A DNA stretch of 62,269 nt, the filler included, from Jimgerdemannia flammicorona (lineage: Eukaryota), in NCBI GenBank assembly GCA_003990765.1. It is 3 parts of 3 records of this genome, joined end to end, with 100 filler letters (N's around TTAATTAATTAA, not from the genome) between each part and the next. Parts side by side here need not be neighbours in the genome. Positions count along the whole stretch, not along the records: positions 20,792 to 41,480 come from RBNJ01001609.1; positions 41,581 to 62,269 come from RBNJ01001610.1; 1 more part is not named here. One strand, given 5' to 3'. The notes under the pieces were generated by a model. The model did not search any database and had not been told where the DNA came from. It worked only from the letters and a program-made list of their open reading frames with translations. Positions 36,375-46,632 of this stretch are shown here, piece after piece (positions within the stretch are counted from its first letter, which is position 1; each line of letters begins with the position of its first letter). Made by a program: the position numbers and the translations under genes.

Positions 36375-36470
36375 TAGTGCTCCGAACGAGACGGGATGAG
36401 GTCCCGGTCTCGACGAGATGTCTCGCGAGACTATGATGACATCAACGAGACAGCGCTGTCTCGATGTTAA
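36375..36470 (+). repeat. hAT-like terminus / palindrome cluster (GAGAC/GTCTC)
   Basis: TAGTGCTCC start; perfect palindrome CGAGACAGCGCTGTCTCG at 36446-36463; GTCTCGCGAGAC at 36420-36431. Confidence 0.45.
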
Positions 36471-37893
36471 ATATTGCGGATAATGGATAATGGTGATAAT
36501 GGCGACAATGGTGATAATAGGGATAATGAGGATATTAGGATAATAGGGATATCACATTAGATTGTGCTAAATCATATGCAACATGACGTGAACAAGACGT
36601 CCTGGCCTGGTATCTCGGGACGTCCCATCCCGTTTGGGTCACTAATCTCAACCATGAAGCCGCCGGCAAGCTGGTTGAACTTGAGGGAAAGATTGCCTGG
36701 TACGGAGCAGTACAAACCGACAGTATGCAGAACCTGATGCTCCAACAGGACATGGGCAATGTTGAAAGTGGCACAGGTGGACATGGTGCTTTGCATGTCC
36801 ATTGAGATGAGGTTTATTAGCGATGTGATCCTTATCAAGCATTCGGACATCTTTTTCAAGGGTTTCCAAGAGTGACAACCCCGGCGAAAACGGAACCCAT
36901 GTCAAAGTTTCTGCCACTGACGATTCACAGGGAGAGCCATTCCTGTAACCTTAAAGAAGACGAAGAGAACGGAACGGTCGCCGCCTAGGTCTTTATCAAA
37001 GGCTTTTATCAAGGCTGCTCAGAAGGTATGGTAAAAGGTTCTTTAGAGGCCCTCTTGTCGGTTTAGTCTAGTCTCGCCTGGCGGCAACTGCGGCAAATAA
37101 TGCCAACTGGCCTTTTACTGCTCGAGCCCAACGGAGATGTTTGCGTGAGTTCACAAACGGAGGGAGCGTCAACTGCCAAAACTTTCGCTCGGGATTGACA
37201 CCGTCAAACGCACAAACGGCAAAAAAAAAAAAAAAAAAAAAAAAAACACTACTCCGCGGTACACGACGTCCACTAACTTCGACATTCCACCAATAGAGGC
37301 ACTTTTCCAGGCCATTCCGCCTGCAGCTCCGCTGTGTAACATCTTGTCGATCATGTACATGCATTCCGTTCACGAACAATAGTGGCTATGCAAAGAACTT
37401 TACACGAAATCCCACTCTTTCGGGGGTGCTCAAGTTCCCATGACAATTAGAAAACAACGGTCGAGTTGAACTTGATTTGCAAGGGTCCATATTATAGCGA
37501 TCAAGGTTGAGACGTTGATGTGCATGACTTAGAAGCAGCGAGATGGAGTTTGAAATAGGGTTTGTGCGACAAATACTCCCCGCAGTTACAGGTCTATATT
37601 TATTTGCATCACTTTTTCAGCATTTCGATCCAGACACATGATCATGCGCCGAAAATGAAATTGTAATATGATACCTCCCGTTCGGTTGCGCAACCATGAC
37701 CGCAGAATTCACCTTTTTATATATAGGGTTCTGAGTTTTATTTTGGTGCATGAGGGAGAACCCCAGATGTGATAATCATTTCCAAGCTTGAATTGGGTGA
37801 GACACGTGAAGTGACTTTTCTGTGTACCCACTTATCTGCATTGCCACTATCGCCATTCCCCCCCCCCCCTTCGCTCACAAATTTACAATTGCT

Positions 37894-40258
37894 ATGATAC
37901 GCTGCAACCACCCGTTCCTGTCATCATTGTTCCTCCTCCTAATCCTAGCCATTTCAACCGTATGCTTAATCCCGCCAGGAAGGGACTCCGCCGGCATCGC
38001 CTTACTGAACAATACCATATGGGTTTTTGGTGGCGCAGTCTCGGATAACAACGGCGGTTACGACCCCTCCAGCAGCCTTTATTCACTAGATATCTCACAA
38101 TCCTGGTCAACGTCCTCGCCGAATTGGATTGGTCATGACGCCGACATCAATTCCACCATAGTCAGCGGTCGCATCCGGCCAAATATGCAGGTCGGCCCGG
38201 ACGGTACCTCGCTCTGGGTCTACGGCGGCCAGCCGACGAACGCCACGAGCGCCAACCTTTTCCTATGTTATGACACTACCACCCATACATGGTCCACTGT
38301 GGCCTTTGCAGGTGCAATCCGATTGCAAGGGTTCAACGCTGTTAAAAACGCGCGTGGTGTCATCTTCTTTTTTGGTGGAGTGACAGACGAAACTTCACTG
38401 GACGCCTGGGCGCGGAACGACGCCGTCTTCAAGATCGATCCCACTATGAAAACTTGGAGCACTACATCGGTGGCTAACGGGTATCCCGGGCGAGTGATGG
38501 CTACAGCTACCTTAGTAAGGTAAGCTTTTGCTTTGGCTCTTCGTTTCCTTTATTTATCGATTGTTGCTTATCGTTCTTTTCCACGCAGTGACACGAAGGT
38601 TTACATCATTGGTGGCGCTGTGCAGACCCCGACCACGGGGGTACTAGTGTCAATCAATAATGTCACTGTGTATGACACCGTCGCCGGCACTTGGTCCTGG
38701 TCTATGACTACGGGGAGCCAGCTCCCACTCAATCGTTCTGGGCACGCGGCCGAGCTTAGTGAGTATCTGTCGGCAATCTTTTCTGTGCCATTGTCGTCGC
38801 CCTAATTCACATCAAACTGAATAAGACTCTACCGCGACTTAGGTTATGATGGCAAAAGCATTATCATCTTTGGTGGTAACGGCGGCAGTGCAGTTGGCTA
38901 TTTCAGCGATGTATGGACTCTCGATGTCAACCTATTTCAGTGGACATCCCCTACCGTTACGGGTTCCGGTCCGAAGACAGGAATCTATGGCATGAATTGT
39001 AGGAATCTTTTAACTCCTTTGCAATTTTATGTAAAATCTCTCGAATAACATTTGATAACTTGGAGTATGCTGTTCGATTTTAGCCCTATTAATCGGGTAC
39101 CAGATGCTGATAATGTTTGGTACTACTCTTTGTTACTTTATTAAACCGTCTACTGATGTAAAACTTTATCCTTGCATTAATCATTTGTTAATCTATGTTC
39201 TCGCTCCACCTTTAGGCTCTGGTCTGGCAACTTCTACTTACTATAACGACGTTTATGTCCTCGATACCAAGAACTGGGCCTGGACAACCGCTTTCGCCGC
39301 CGTGTCGGTACAAACAGAAGCTCCGACCCAGACAGGAATCGTAGCGCCAACGACAGGTGTGAGTGCGGTCGGTACTAACGGTACCAGCGGTAGTAACGGT
39401 GGCATCGGTGATAAAGGTGGCATCGGTGGCATCGGTGGCATCGGGGGATTGGTGGGCATTATTTGTGGATTGCTCTCTCTCATTGGCATCATCTCATTTA
39501 TTACATGGACCGTCCGGCGCAATAGGCGGGCAGATGCTGCGGTCAAGGCAAATGAAAACCCGGAATTGAGCACGATGTTAAAACCGAACGAGAATGCGGA
39601 GGTTGCAGAGTTGCCGACCAAAGATCCCCCCCCTCCAATTACCCCAAACACAGCGGTCGAGAATGCGGAGGATGCAGAGTTGCCGACCAAAGATCCCCCC
39701 CCTCCAATTACCCCAAACACAGCGGTCGCGCGCGGCAATGTCGTCGATCCACACACCACCGCCACCGCACCCTCCACGGTGAACCCATCGGACCCACACC
39801 TTCCACAATCGAGCATGATACCGTCAGATGCGATCATTTTCCAGACTGGCCCTGCTGTCATTGGAGCGTACTCCGCGCCGCATCAACCATACTACTACCC
39901 GGTACCACACGTCCAACCTAACGCGAACCCTGTCCTCCCCGCCAGCATGTACTACTACCCCGGCACTCCACAGTTTCAACCGGGTTTCTACTACCCCCCG
40001 CCGTTACCGCCGCCGCATGGGACAATCCTTCAGGATAATTCGCACACCCCTGGTGACGGCACCTACGTTGTGGGTGGGCGATACCCTCCGCCAAACTCTT
40101 ATACTCCATCCTTGCACCATGTAGACATCCCGGCCCCACCCATGTACTCTGCACAGTCAGCGGAAGCACCACAGGTTGTTTTGCCCAGACCCCACCAGAG
40201 GATGGAGGAGACCGTTGAGCTACAGGAGGAAAGACCAGCAACGAGAGGGGATGCGTGA
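37894..40258 (+). CDS. Signal peptide + Kelch (galactose-oxidase-like beta-propeller) single-pass membrane protein with Pro/Tyr-rich tail
   Basis: Five in-frame exons (37894-38519, 38589-38758, 38843-38998, 39083-39118, 39216-40258). Repeated VFGG/VYGG/FFGG/IIGG/IFGG...W Kelch motifs. Hydrophobic N-terminus. TM segment LVGIICGLLSLIGIISFITWTV followed by RRNRR. Confidence 0.9.
39590..39727 (+). repeat. 69-bp in-frame tandem duplication (ENAExAELPTKDPPPPITPNTAV x2)
   Basis: Seen directly; one substitution between copies. Confidence 0.92.
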
Positions 40259-40597
40259 TCCCAATTTGGGCTTTCAGGGATGATGCAACACGTTTAATTG
40301 TACAATTTCTTTTCTATAATTATTTGCACACGTATTTAATTCGGTGACCATCCTGGTCATTATTCTCGTGCATTATGATAGGGTCCATAAAATGATTATT
40401 TGGGCGACTTATCGGGTTGCCTCACTGCAAATCATCCTCTGAAACGCAATGATGTTATATAAACACCTCATTAACTGTAACATGGGCGAACGGATGCCTC
40501 CAGTTATTATTCATAACAGTCGCTTGTGGCTTTCTCAAATGTAGTCCCACAGCCATTAAAATCAAATGTGTACCGAATTGTTCTTGGAGCAATCTAA

Positions 40598-40750
40598 TGA
40601 CGTCACACGTGATAGATTCATGGGCAGGACCAACCAGCCCATTACTTAGGGTTGGCGACTTAATGATTTCTCTTCGGAGCTACCCATCATTTCTCCCAGC
40701 GACCGCAAACCGGTCCGTTGCTGATAGATGACGTCACAAGTGTGACGTAA
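40598..40750. promoter_or_regulatory. Cluster of CRE/ATF (TGACGTCA) and E-box (CACGTG) motifs
   Basis: TGACGTCA at 40598 and 40729, CACGTG at 40606, TGACGTAA at 40743. Confidence 0.35.
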
Positions 40751-40964
40751 CAGATATGGCTGAAGTCATGTGCTTACATGTCGAGTTGAAGAAAACACCA
40801 GGTATCCCTGGGCTTAGGTCAAGCTTGTAAACGTCACAAAAATAAAAAATATAAGATAGTGGTGGCTGAAATGGCATTTATTTTCTAGTTTGGCCTGAAC
40901 GATTGCCACAGCATTTCAAACCTCTCTAGAGATCTCTTGCTTTGCTACAACCGTTCAGTGTTTG

Positions 40965-41365
40965 ATGGGTGTGCATTACAGATTGCCCTTACATATCGGT
41001 GTGAACGTTTCGGTGGAACGCGTCAATGCCTTCCTTGTCCTTTGTGAAGCACCCGGATACAACTTTAAGATAAACGCCGACGGTAACGTGTTTATCTTTG
41101 ACGTGGCCTACGCCGAGCACGAAGTTGTTGTTTCATTGATACAAGATTGCTTCAAAGTCGCGAATGACGGTGTTGTTAGGAATCCTCTGACTTGCGTTTG
41201 CGGCCAACCATGGTTGACGTTTGACTTGTATGTGGTTTTCAAACTATTCTTATATCCTTCCCTTAGTTCATCATGCGGTGGAATCGTTATTGCTCCAAAT
41301 ATTGCTGTTTCACCAGACATTGCTCACTATACCTTATCCTGGACCTCCCCCCAGCAACACAGAGG
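40965..41365 (+). pseudogene. Uma2-like PD-(D/E)xK nuclease-family fragment, probably intron-containing and truncated
   Basis: GNVFIFDVAYAEHEVVVSLIQDCF...GQP...IAPNIAV resembles the Uma2-type pattern G.v.i.e...peH....PD in early-diverging fungi (pattern recognition only). Confidence 0.45.
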
Positions 41366-41480
41366 TACTTTAAATTTTTGTTCTGTATTAACACCTTTTT
41401 ATTTTGAAAGTGATTTCCAATATCAGTTTTTGTAGAATTTCCCCTTGGGTGGATAACATGCATTTTTTTTTTTTTTTTTT

Positions 41481-41580
41481 NNNNNNNNNNNNNNNNNNNN
41501 NNNNNNNNNNNNNNNNNNNNNNNNTTAATTAATTAANNNNNNNNNNNNNNNNNNNNNNNNNNNNNNNNNNNNNNNNNNNN
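41481..41580. other. Assembly spacer with six-frame stop linker
   Basis: Seen directly. Confidence 0.97.
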
Positions 41581-42100
41581 TATTACCAATGTCTATAGTG
41601 TTAACAATACAATATCACCCACACCCTCAACCAAAACTCCGGGGACCCAACCCCCCCCCCTCAACCTCCCCCTGCCCAAGTACTACCCAATTACCAACTA
41701 CTCGAATCCTCCCACCACTCTTCCAGGAGATACACTGTACTAGACCCCTGCGGTTCCCCCCACCCATACCCCAGCCTTGCCACCAGCTATTCAAAATGTC
41801 CAATAGCAACCATTCCCAATGGGCCACCTTGTCCCCAACCCTGACCCAATGCCCTTCTTCAAAGACATGAACCCAGTACCCAGCCAACCCAACCCACATA
41901 GTCAAAGCCCAACCAAGAGTCAGCCATTCATCCCTGACCCCACCCACCAGTCGCCGGTGAAGCTCTCCCCATCTTCCCCCCCTCTCTCTCTCCAAGGCAC
42001 CCAGCCCCACACAGTCCATAATACATCTCCAGAACTCCCCCAAAACCTCACATTCGCCAAGCCAATGTTCAGGCATTTGGACCACTCCTCTCTCCCTACT
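41581..42100 (-). mobile_element. 5'-truncated LINE, 3' end of ORF2 (same family)
   Basis: ORF 41627-42085 (QMPEHWLGECEVLGEFW...) matches 242-517. Confidence 0.85.
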
Positions 42101-42109
42101 AAGAGCTTT

Positions 42110-43050
42110 ATAGATATAGAGAGACTGACAGCTTGTACAAAAAATAGATTACTGCTTTTATCAGTTTCAATAATATTTACATTATCATATTTCTCTCAAT
42201 AGATTCCACTACTTCTATGTTGCCAATACTGACTTTTTCTATACCTATTTTCATTTTTCAAGTGATAGCATTGGTGTTTCCTATATCCATACTTACTATA
42301 GTATTTATAGTACACATTATACTTACCTGATTAGCTGGACTGGTGGTCACATTGTTGAGCTTGGGTTTGGGTTATTGGCCTTATTGATCACATCTTTGAC
42401 CTCATTTAGCACTAAACCTACAGAATCCATAGAATGCCCTTTCATTGTTATTTTCTTCAGCACTATTTCTTTAATACATTACCTCATTTATGAGGCTTAT
42501 TATCAAGTAATTATAGTTTGAAAGACTACTACTCTCATATATAGCTGTGACAAAAACATTCTATGTATCTAAAAGTCTCCTTGTGAGTGCTATAACCTTA
42601 TCTTCATTATTAATATAATCTATAGATACACTGAGAGAATTTACTTGATTCACAGATTATTAATATAACTAATATATTTGCAGATACTCTCTTTAGACTT
42701 CATTCAAATATTAAATAGCTGAGATTTCAGATGGAATCTATTCAATATAGATGCTTGTACATGATGATTGTATAGCACTTTTTATACTTCATTGACTATA
42801 TTGGTGTGCATTATGAGCTTTGTTTGCAAGTTTGACAATATGAATGTGATCTTGCATAATACTCAGTAATCATTTGTATAGTAATAGTCTTGAATCTATA
42901 CTTGTGGCTTCATATACTCTATCAAGCCATATTTATCTAGGAGATTTATCATATGGAATATCCAGATGATATAATCTTTTCCATCAAAGATCAAGATAGA
43001 TCACTTGACTATATTTACACTTATATATAATTGAGACTGCTCTCATTACT
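42110..43050 (-). mobile_element. gag: Ty1/copia gag relic
   Basis: Minus-strand IFDGKDYIIWIFHMINLL...ASILNRFHLKSQLFNI*MK..ES...EDKVIAL (UBN2-type copia gag) and knuckle relic YKYYSKYGYRKHQC. Confidence 0.65.
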
Positions 43051-43144
43051 GAAATGCTTGCAATTAATATATCTATATTGCCAGATTGTTTGTTATTTAA
43101 CATTTCTAGTATATATAATTATATAGTATATATTTATGAGATGT

Positions 43145-43149
<5 letters not shown>

Positions 43150-43198
<49 letters not shown>
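43150..43198. repeat. Poly(T) tract
   Basis: Seen directly. Confidence 0.85.
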
Positions 43199-43201
<3 letters not shown>

Positions 43202-43726
43202 ATATCTATTTAGCACTAGTGGGGCTCATAATTTTTGTTGAAAAGAGGGGGCATTTTTATTGAGTTTGTATAGGGCACATATTTTATATATTACTAATAG
43301 ATAATATAAGACTGATGAAATTACTAATCACATATTAATATATTATATTACCATCCCAATAGTGTCTTTAAGGTTCATCTAGATATTTGGTGCTATTTAT
43401 ATGATTTTTGCAGCAACTAGATAACTATGAGAGTAATTATAATATATAGTCACATCATCTGAGTGTCTAATACTTATATCATATATTATAATATATATTA
43501 TAATATAGTAGATACTTATATAGTTCTAGTTTCTTTAAGAGAAAGTAGCTAAATTGTAAAAGTTCTAATAAATCTAAGTAGCTTAAAGAGATACTTATAG
43601 ATTCAGATAATCTTAAAGAGGATATTTATATAAGAGCTAAAAGAAACTTCCAGAAGGATCTTAAAAATGAAAAGAAAAGTCAAGAAAATAGTTCTTGATA
43701 AAGATATCTAATAGAATTCTATCTAG

Positions 43727-44130
43727 TGTGACAGCTGATCTGAATTAGTAACATAAAATAGGGGAATTAGACATTTGATCATAGTACCTGAATCCAATTC
43801 CCAATATAGCTTAGCCTCATAAATAGCAGCCACATTCCACAAAGTACAGATGTTAAAAGATTCAATACTTGTGAAATAAGCCATTACTTAGCCACCTTAT
43901 AGTTATCAAAACTTGTATAAATAACCCAGTATCTTACAGTGAATAAACCTTAGATCAAAATAGTTCAAAGCAAAGAGATAGCAAAGGAACTAGTAAGCCT
44001 GTGGGCAGATACACTTTGAACTCACCCACCCTCCCCTGCAACTAAGAGACTCTGCGAGAGTCAGAATGGTCAAGTTTTCAAGATACAGAAATCTGACATA
44101 CTTTCAAGAGTAAGCATCCACTATGTTACA
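43727..44130 (+). mobile_element. Solo LTR, family-B-related, 4-bp TSD CTAG
   Basis: TGTGA...TTACA; CTAG at 43723-43726 and 44131-44134; matches the reverse complement of the family B LTR. Confidence 0.88.
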
Positions 44131-44134
44131 CTAG

Positions 44135-45450
44135 CTAAGATAAGATACTTAGTATCAAGAAAAGATAAGAATATTCTAGTAAAGTCTTGATCTCAAGAGA
44201 GAATTTTTAAGTATTTAGAAAATACTGAAATATTGTAAAATATTCAAGAAAAGCTAGAAAAAGATTAAGAAAAAGATGTGAAAATATACTAAAACTTAGA
44301 TATAAATAAGAAATTATTATATCTCTCTCTCCTTAAAAATTAACATTCTTGTTAAATTCTAAAATTATCTAAGAATAATTATACTTAATCATAATTTTTC
44401 AAATCTATAAAGATATTACTATAAAGATTTGGCTGACTTTATATAAGATAAGAGCCAAAGAATTAGTTTTTAGAGATTTAAACTACTAAGAAAGAAACTT
44501 TTTTATTCTGTATAAGCTTACTAGTATCTTACTTTAAAGCCTTAAATAAGATCTTATATATTTTTTAAGATTAACTAGTAGTTTCTATATAGTATATAGA
44601 ATAGTCTATCCATTTGACCAGATATTCAGATTAGTAATAGTAGATTCTTTTATTAAGAATTTTCTCAACTTTATACTTAATATAGCCTTCAATAATTACA
44701 AAGACAGATAGCTTAAAAATTTAACCAGAATAAAGTAGTGACTTATTTTAGATCTTGAGATAAGATATATAGAAGACTGAATAAACTTATATATCTTTAG
44801 ATAGCATAAGATAGTAAGAGAATATAGAGACTTATTCTATAATCTCAATAGGTTCAATAAATTTAGATTGAAATTAGTTCTATAGATAGTTATATTAAGA
44901 TTATATCTTGAGATTCTTAATTGACAAAAGAACTCAATCATTAATAGTATAGGTGGTGATATCACAGTATTTCTTATTAATATACTTAACTTAATACTAT
45001 TGAGTATTCTGAAGATTTACAATAGTAATTATAAGTAGTTTATCTATCTTATCAATGAGATTCTCAATAGAAGAAACTTATATTTAACTACTTTCTAAAG
45101 GAGAAATAGACATATAGAAGTCTCAGAGTCTTTACTGTAAAGTTGTCAAAAAGATAAAAGACTAGTAGATAATGAAACTATATTATTATATATAATTCTA
45201 TATAGTAGTTCTAATTACCTTACTTATAAGAAATATAGTTTCTGAGTATCTGTTAAAGAGTACTCTTTATGTGCTCAGTTTTTTTATTTATTTGAGAGTA
45301 GATATTGAAAATAGCTTGTCAGAAGTAATGAATGAATTTGAGATCTTGATTATTGATAATAACTTACAGTAGACTTTTATTATAAAAGATTAACTTAAAG
45401 AAGATTCTTATAATCTTAAATATAGATAGTATTGATTATAGTATATTTAG
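44135..45450 (+). mobile_element. Extremely decayed AT-rich TE relic (possibly Gypsy gag region)
   Basis: TA-rich, CpG-free; weak gag-like relic near 44770-44850. Confidence 0.3.
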
Positions 45451-45479
45451 CAATTATAGTCTTAGTCAGACAGTATTTA

Positions 45480-45665
45480 GTATTATATGTATCTTGCTAA
45501 ACTTGTAGATAAGTATCAGATTGAAGATTTGAAGCTTTTGGCTTTACTTGGCTTATTGATATAATAGTATAGATTAGGTATTAATATATCTAAGAGATTG
45601 ATAGTTAATAGTAATATAAACTCAATATCTTCTAAATAATATCATTAGTGATCTAGAGTATATAT
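45480..45665 (-). mobile_element. pol: Continuation of the old chromovirus RNase H interrupted by element B
   Basis: Minus strand IYTLDH**YYLEDIEF..INYQSLRYINT*...Q*AK*SQKL continues the reading that stops at 52355. Confidence 0.75.
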
Positions 45666-46133
45666 TGTAATGTAGTAGACGCTTACTCTTGAAAGTATAT
45701 CGGATTTCTGTATCTTGAAAACTTGACTGTTCTGACTCTCATAGAGTCTCTTGAAGTTGCAGGGAAGGGTGGGTGAGTTCAAAGTGTATCTGTCTGCAGG
45801 CTTACTAGTTCCTTTGCTATCTCTTTGCTTTGAACTATTTTGATCTGAGATTTATTCACTCGAAGATACTGGGTTATTTATACAAGTTTTGCTAGCTATG
45901 AGATGGTTACTGAGTTGTGTGGCTAAGTTATAAGTCATTTAACACTTTGCGAAATGTTTCACCAGTTGCGAAATGCTATACTATATCAGGAAGCTTAATC
46001 TTGCACTTTGCGAAATATTTAGCAAGTTGCGAAATCGAGGACTGTTAACTATGTGGCTATACTACTTTGGAACTGGGTGCGATCAAGTGTCTGTTCCCTA
46101 TTTCCTTCTTCCAAATCTGGCAATACCATCACA
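45666..46133 (-). repeat. Family B 3' LTR
   Basis: Same length as and near-identical to 51887-52354. Confidence 0.95.
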
Positions 46134-46170
46134 ACTTCCTCCTGAATAGATGATCTCATCCCTAAAGCAT

Positions 46171-46632
46171 CTATTCAAACTCCCAAGCTTCAATGGTTTG
46201 TATGGTCTTGTATTGCACAATTTGTTGCATCACTATTTCCCAATGGTATCACCTGACTTGGTTGAAGTCTGAGGGGGTCACTCCTCACAGGTGGGCTAGT
46301 GCTGATTCATCTTCTCAGAATAGCTTGTGGATTCTCTTGGCAATGGTGATCTGAGAATAGGAGAGCTGGCATTCTGCGATCCAATTTTCTTTGGTCATTT
46401 CTGGGTCTTGGTTGAGTACTTGGCCGAGTTTGAAGTACTCTTGGAATTCATTTCAATGCTGATAGGCCTTGAAGTGTGAGATCTGAGAGAGATGAGTCTG
46501 TACGATGCTTTGGATACTGTCATAAGACTCCTCTATGGTTGGGGGCTCAGTGGTGCACCATTGTCTCTCAATGGCTCTTTGGGCAGCACTAGTGATCTTG
46601 AGTGCCATCGCAGTACTTTTGTTACTGGCCAT
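46171..46632 (-). pseudogene. Family B accessory ORF3 (153 codons, internal TGA stops)
   Basis: MASNKSTAMALKITSAAQRAIERQW...QEYFKLGQVL...IAKRIHKLF*EDESALAHL*GVTPSDF...WEFE*. The ATG overlaps the integrase stop. Confidence 0.75.

Noticed and set aside
35332..37379. Short overlapping ORFs between the two host genes
   Set aside because: No recognisable motifs or consistent exon chain; a small gene relic near 36535-36917 cannot be excluded.
46171..46632. ORF3 as an env gene
   Set aside because: Too short, with no signal peptide, TM helix or furin-like site visible.
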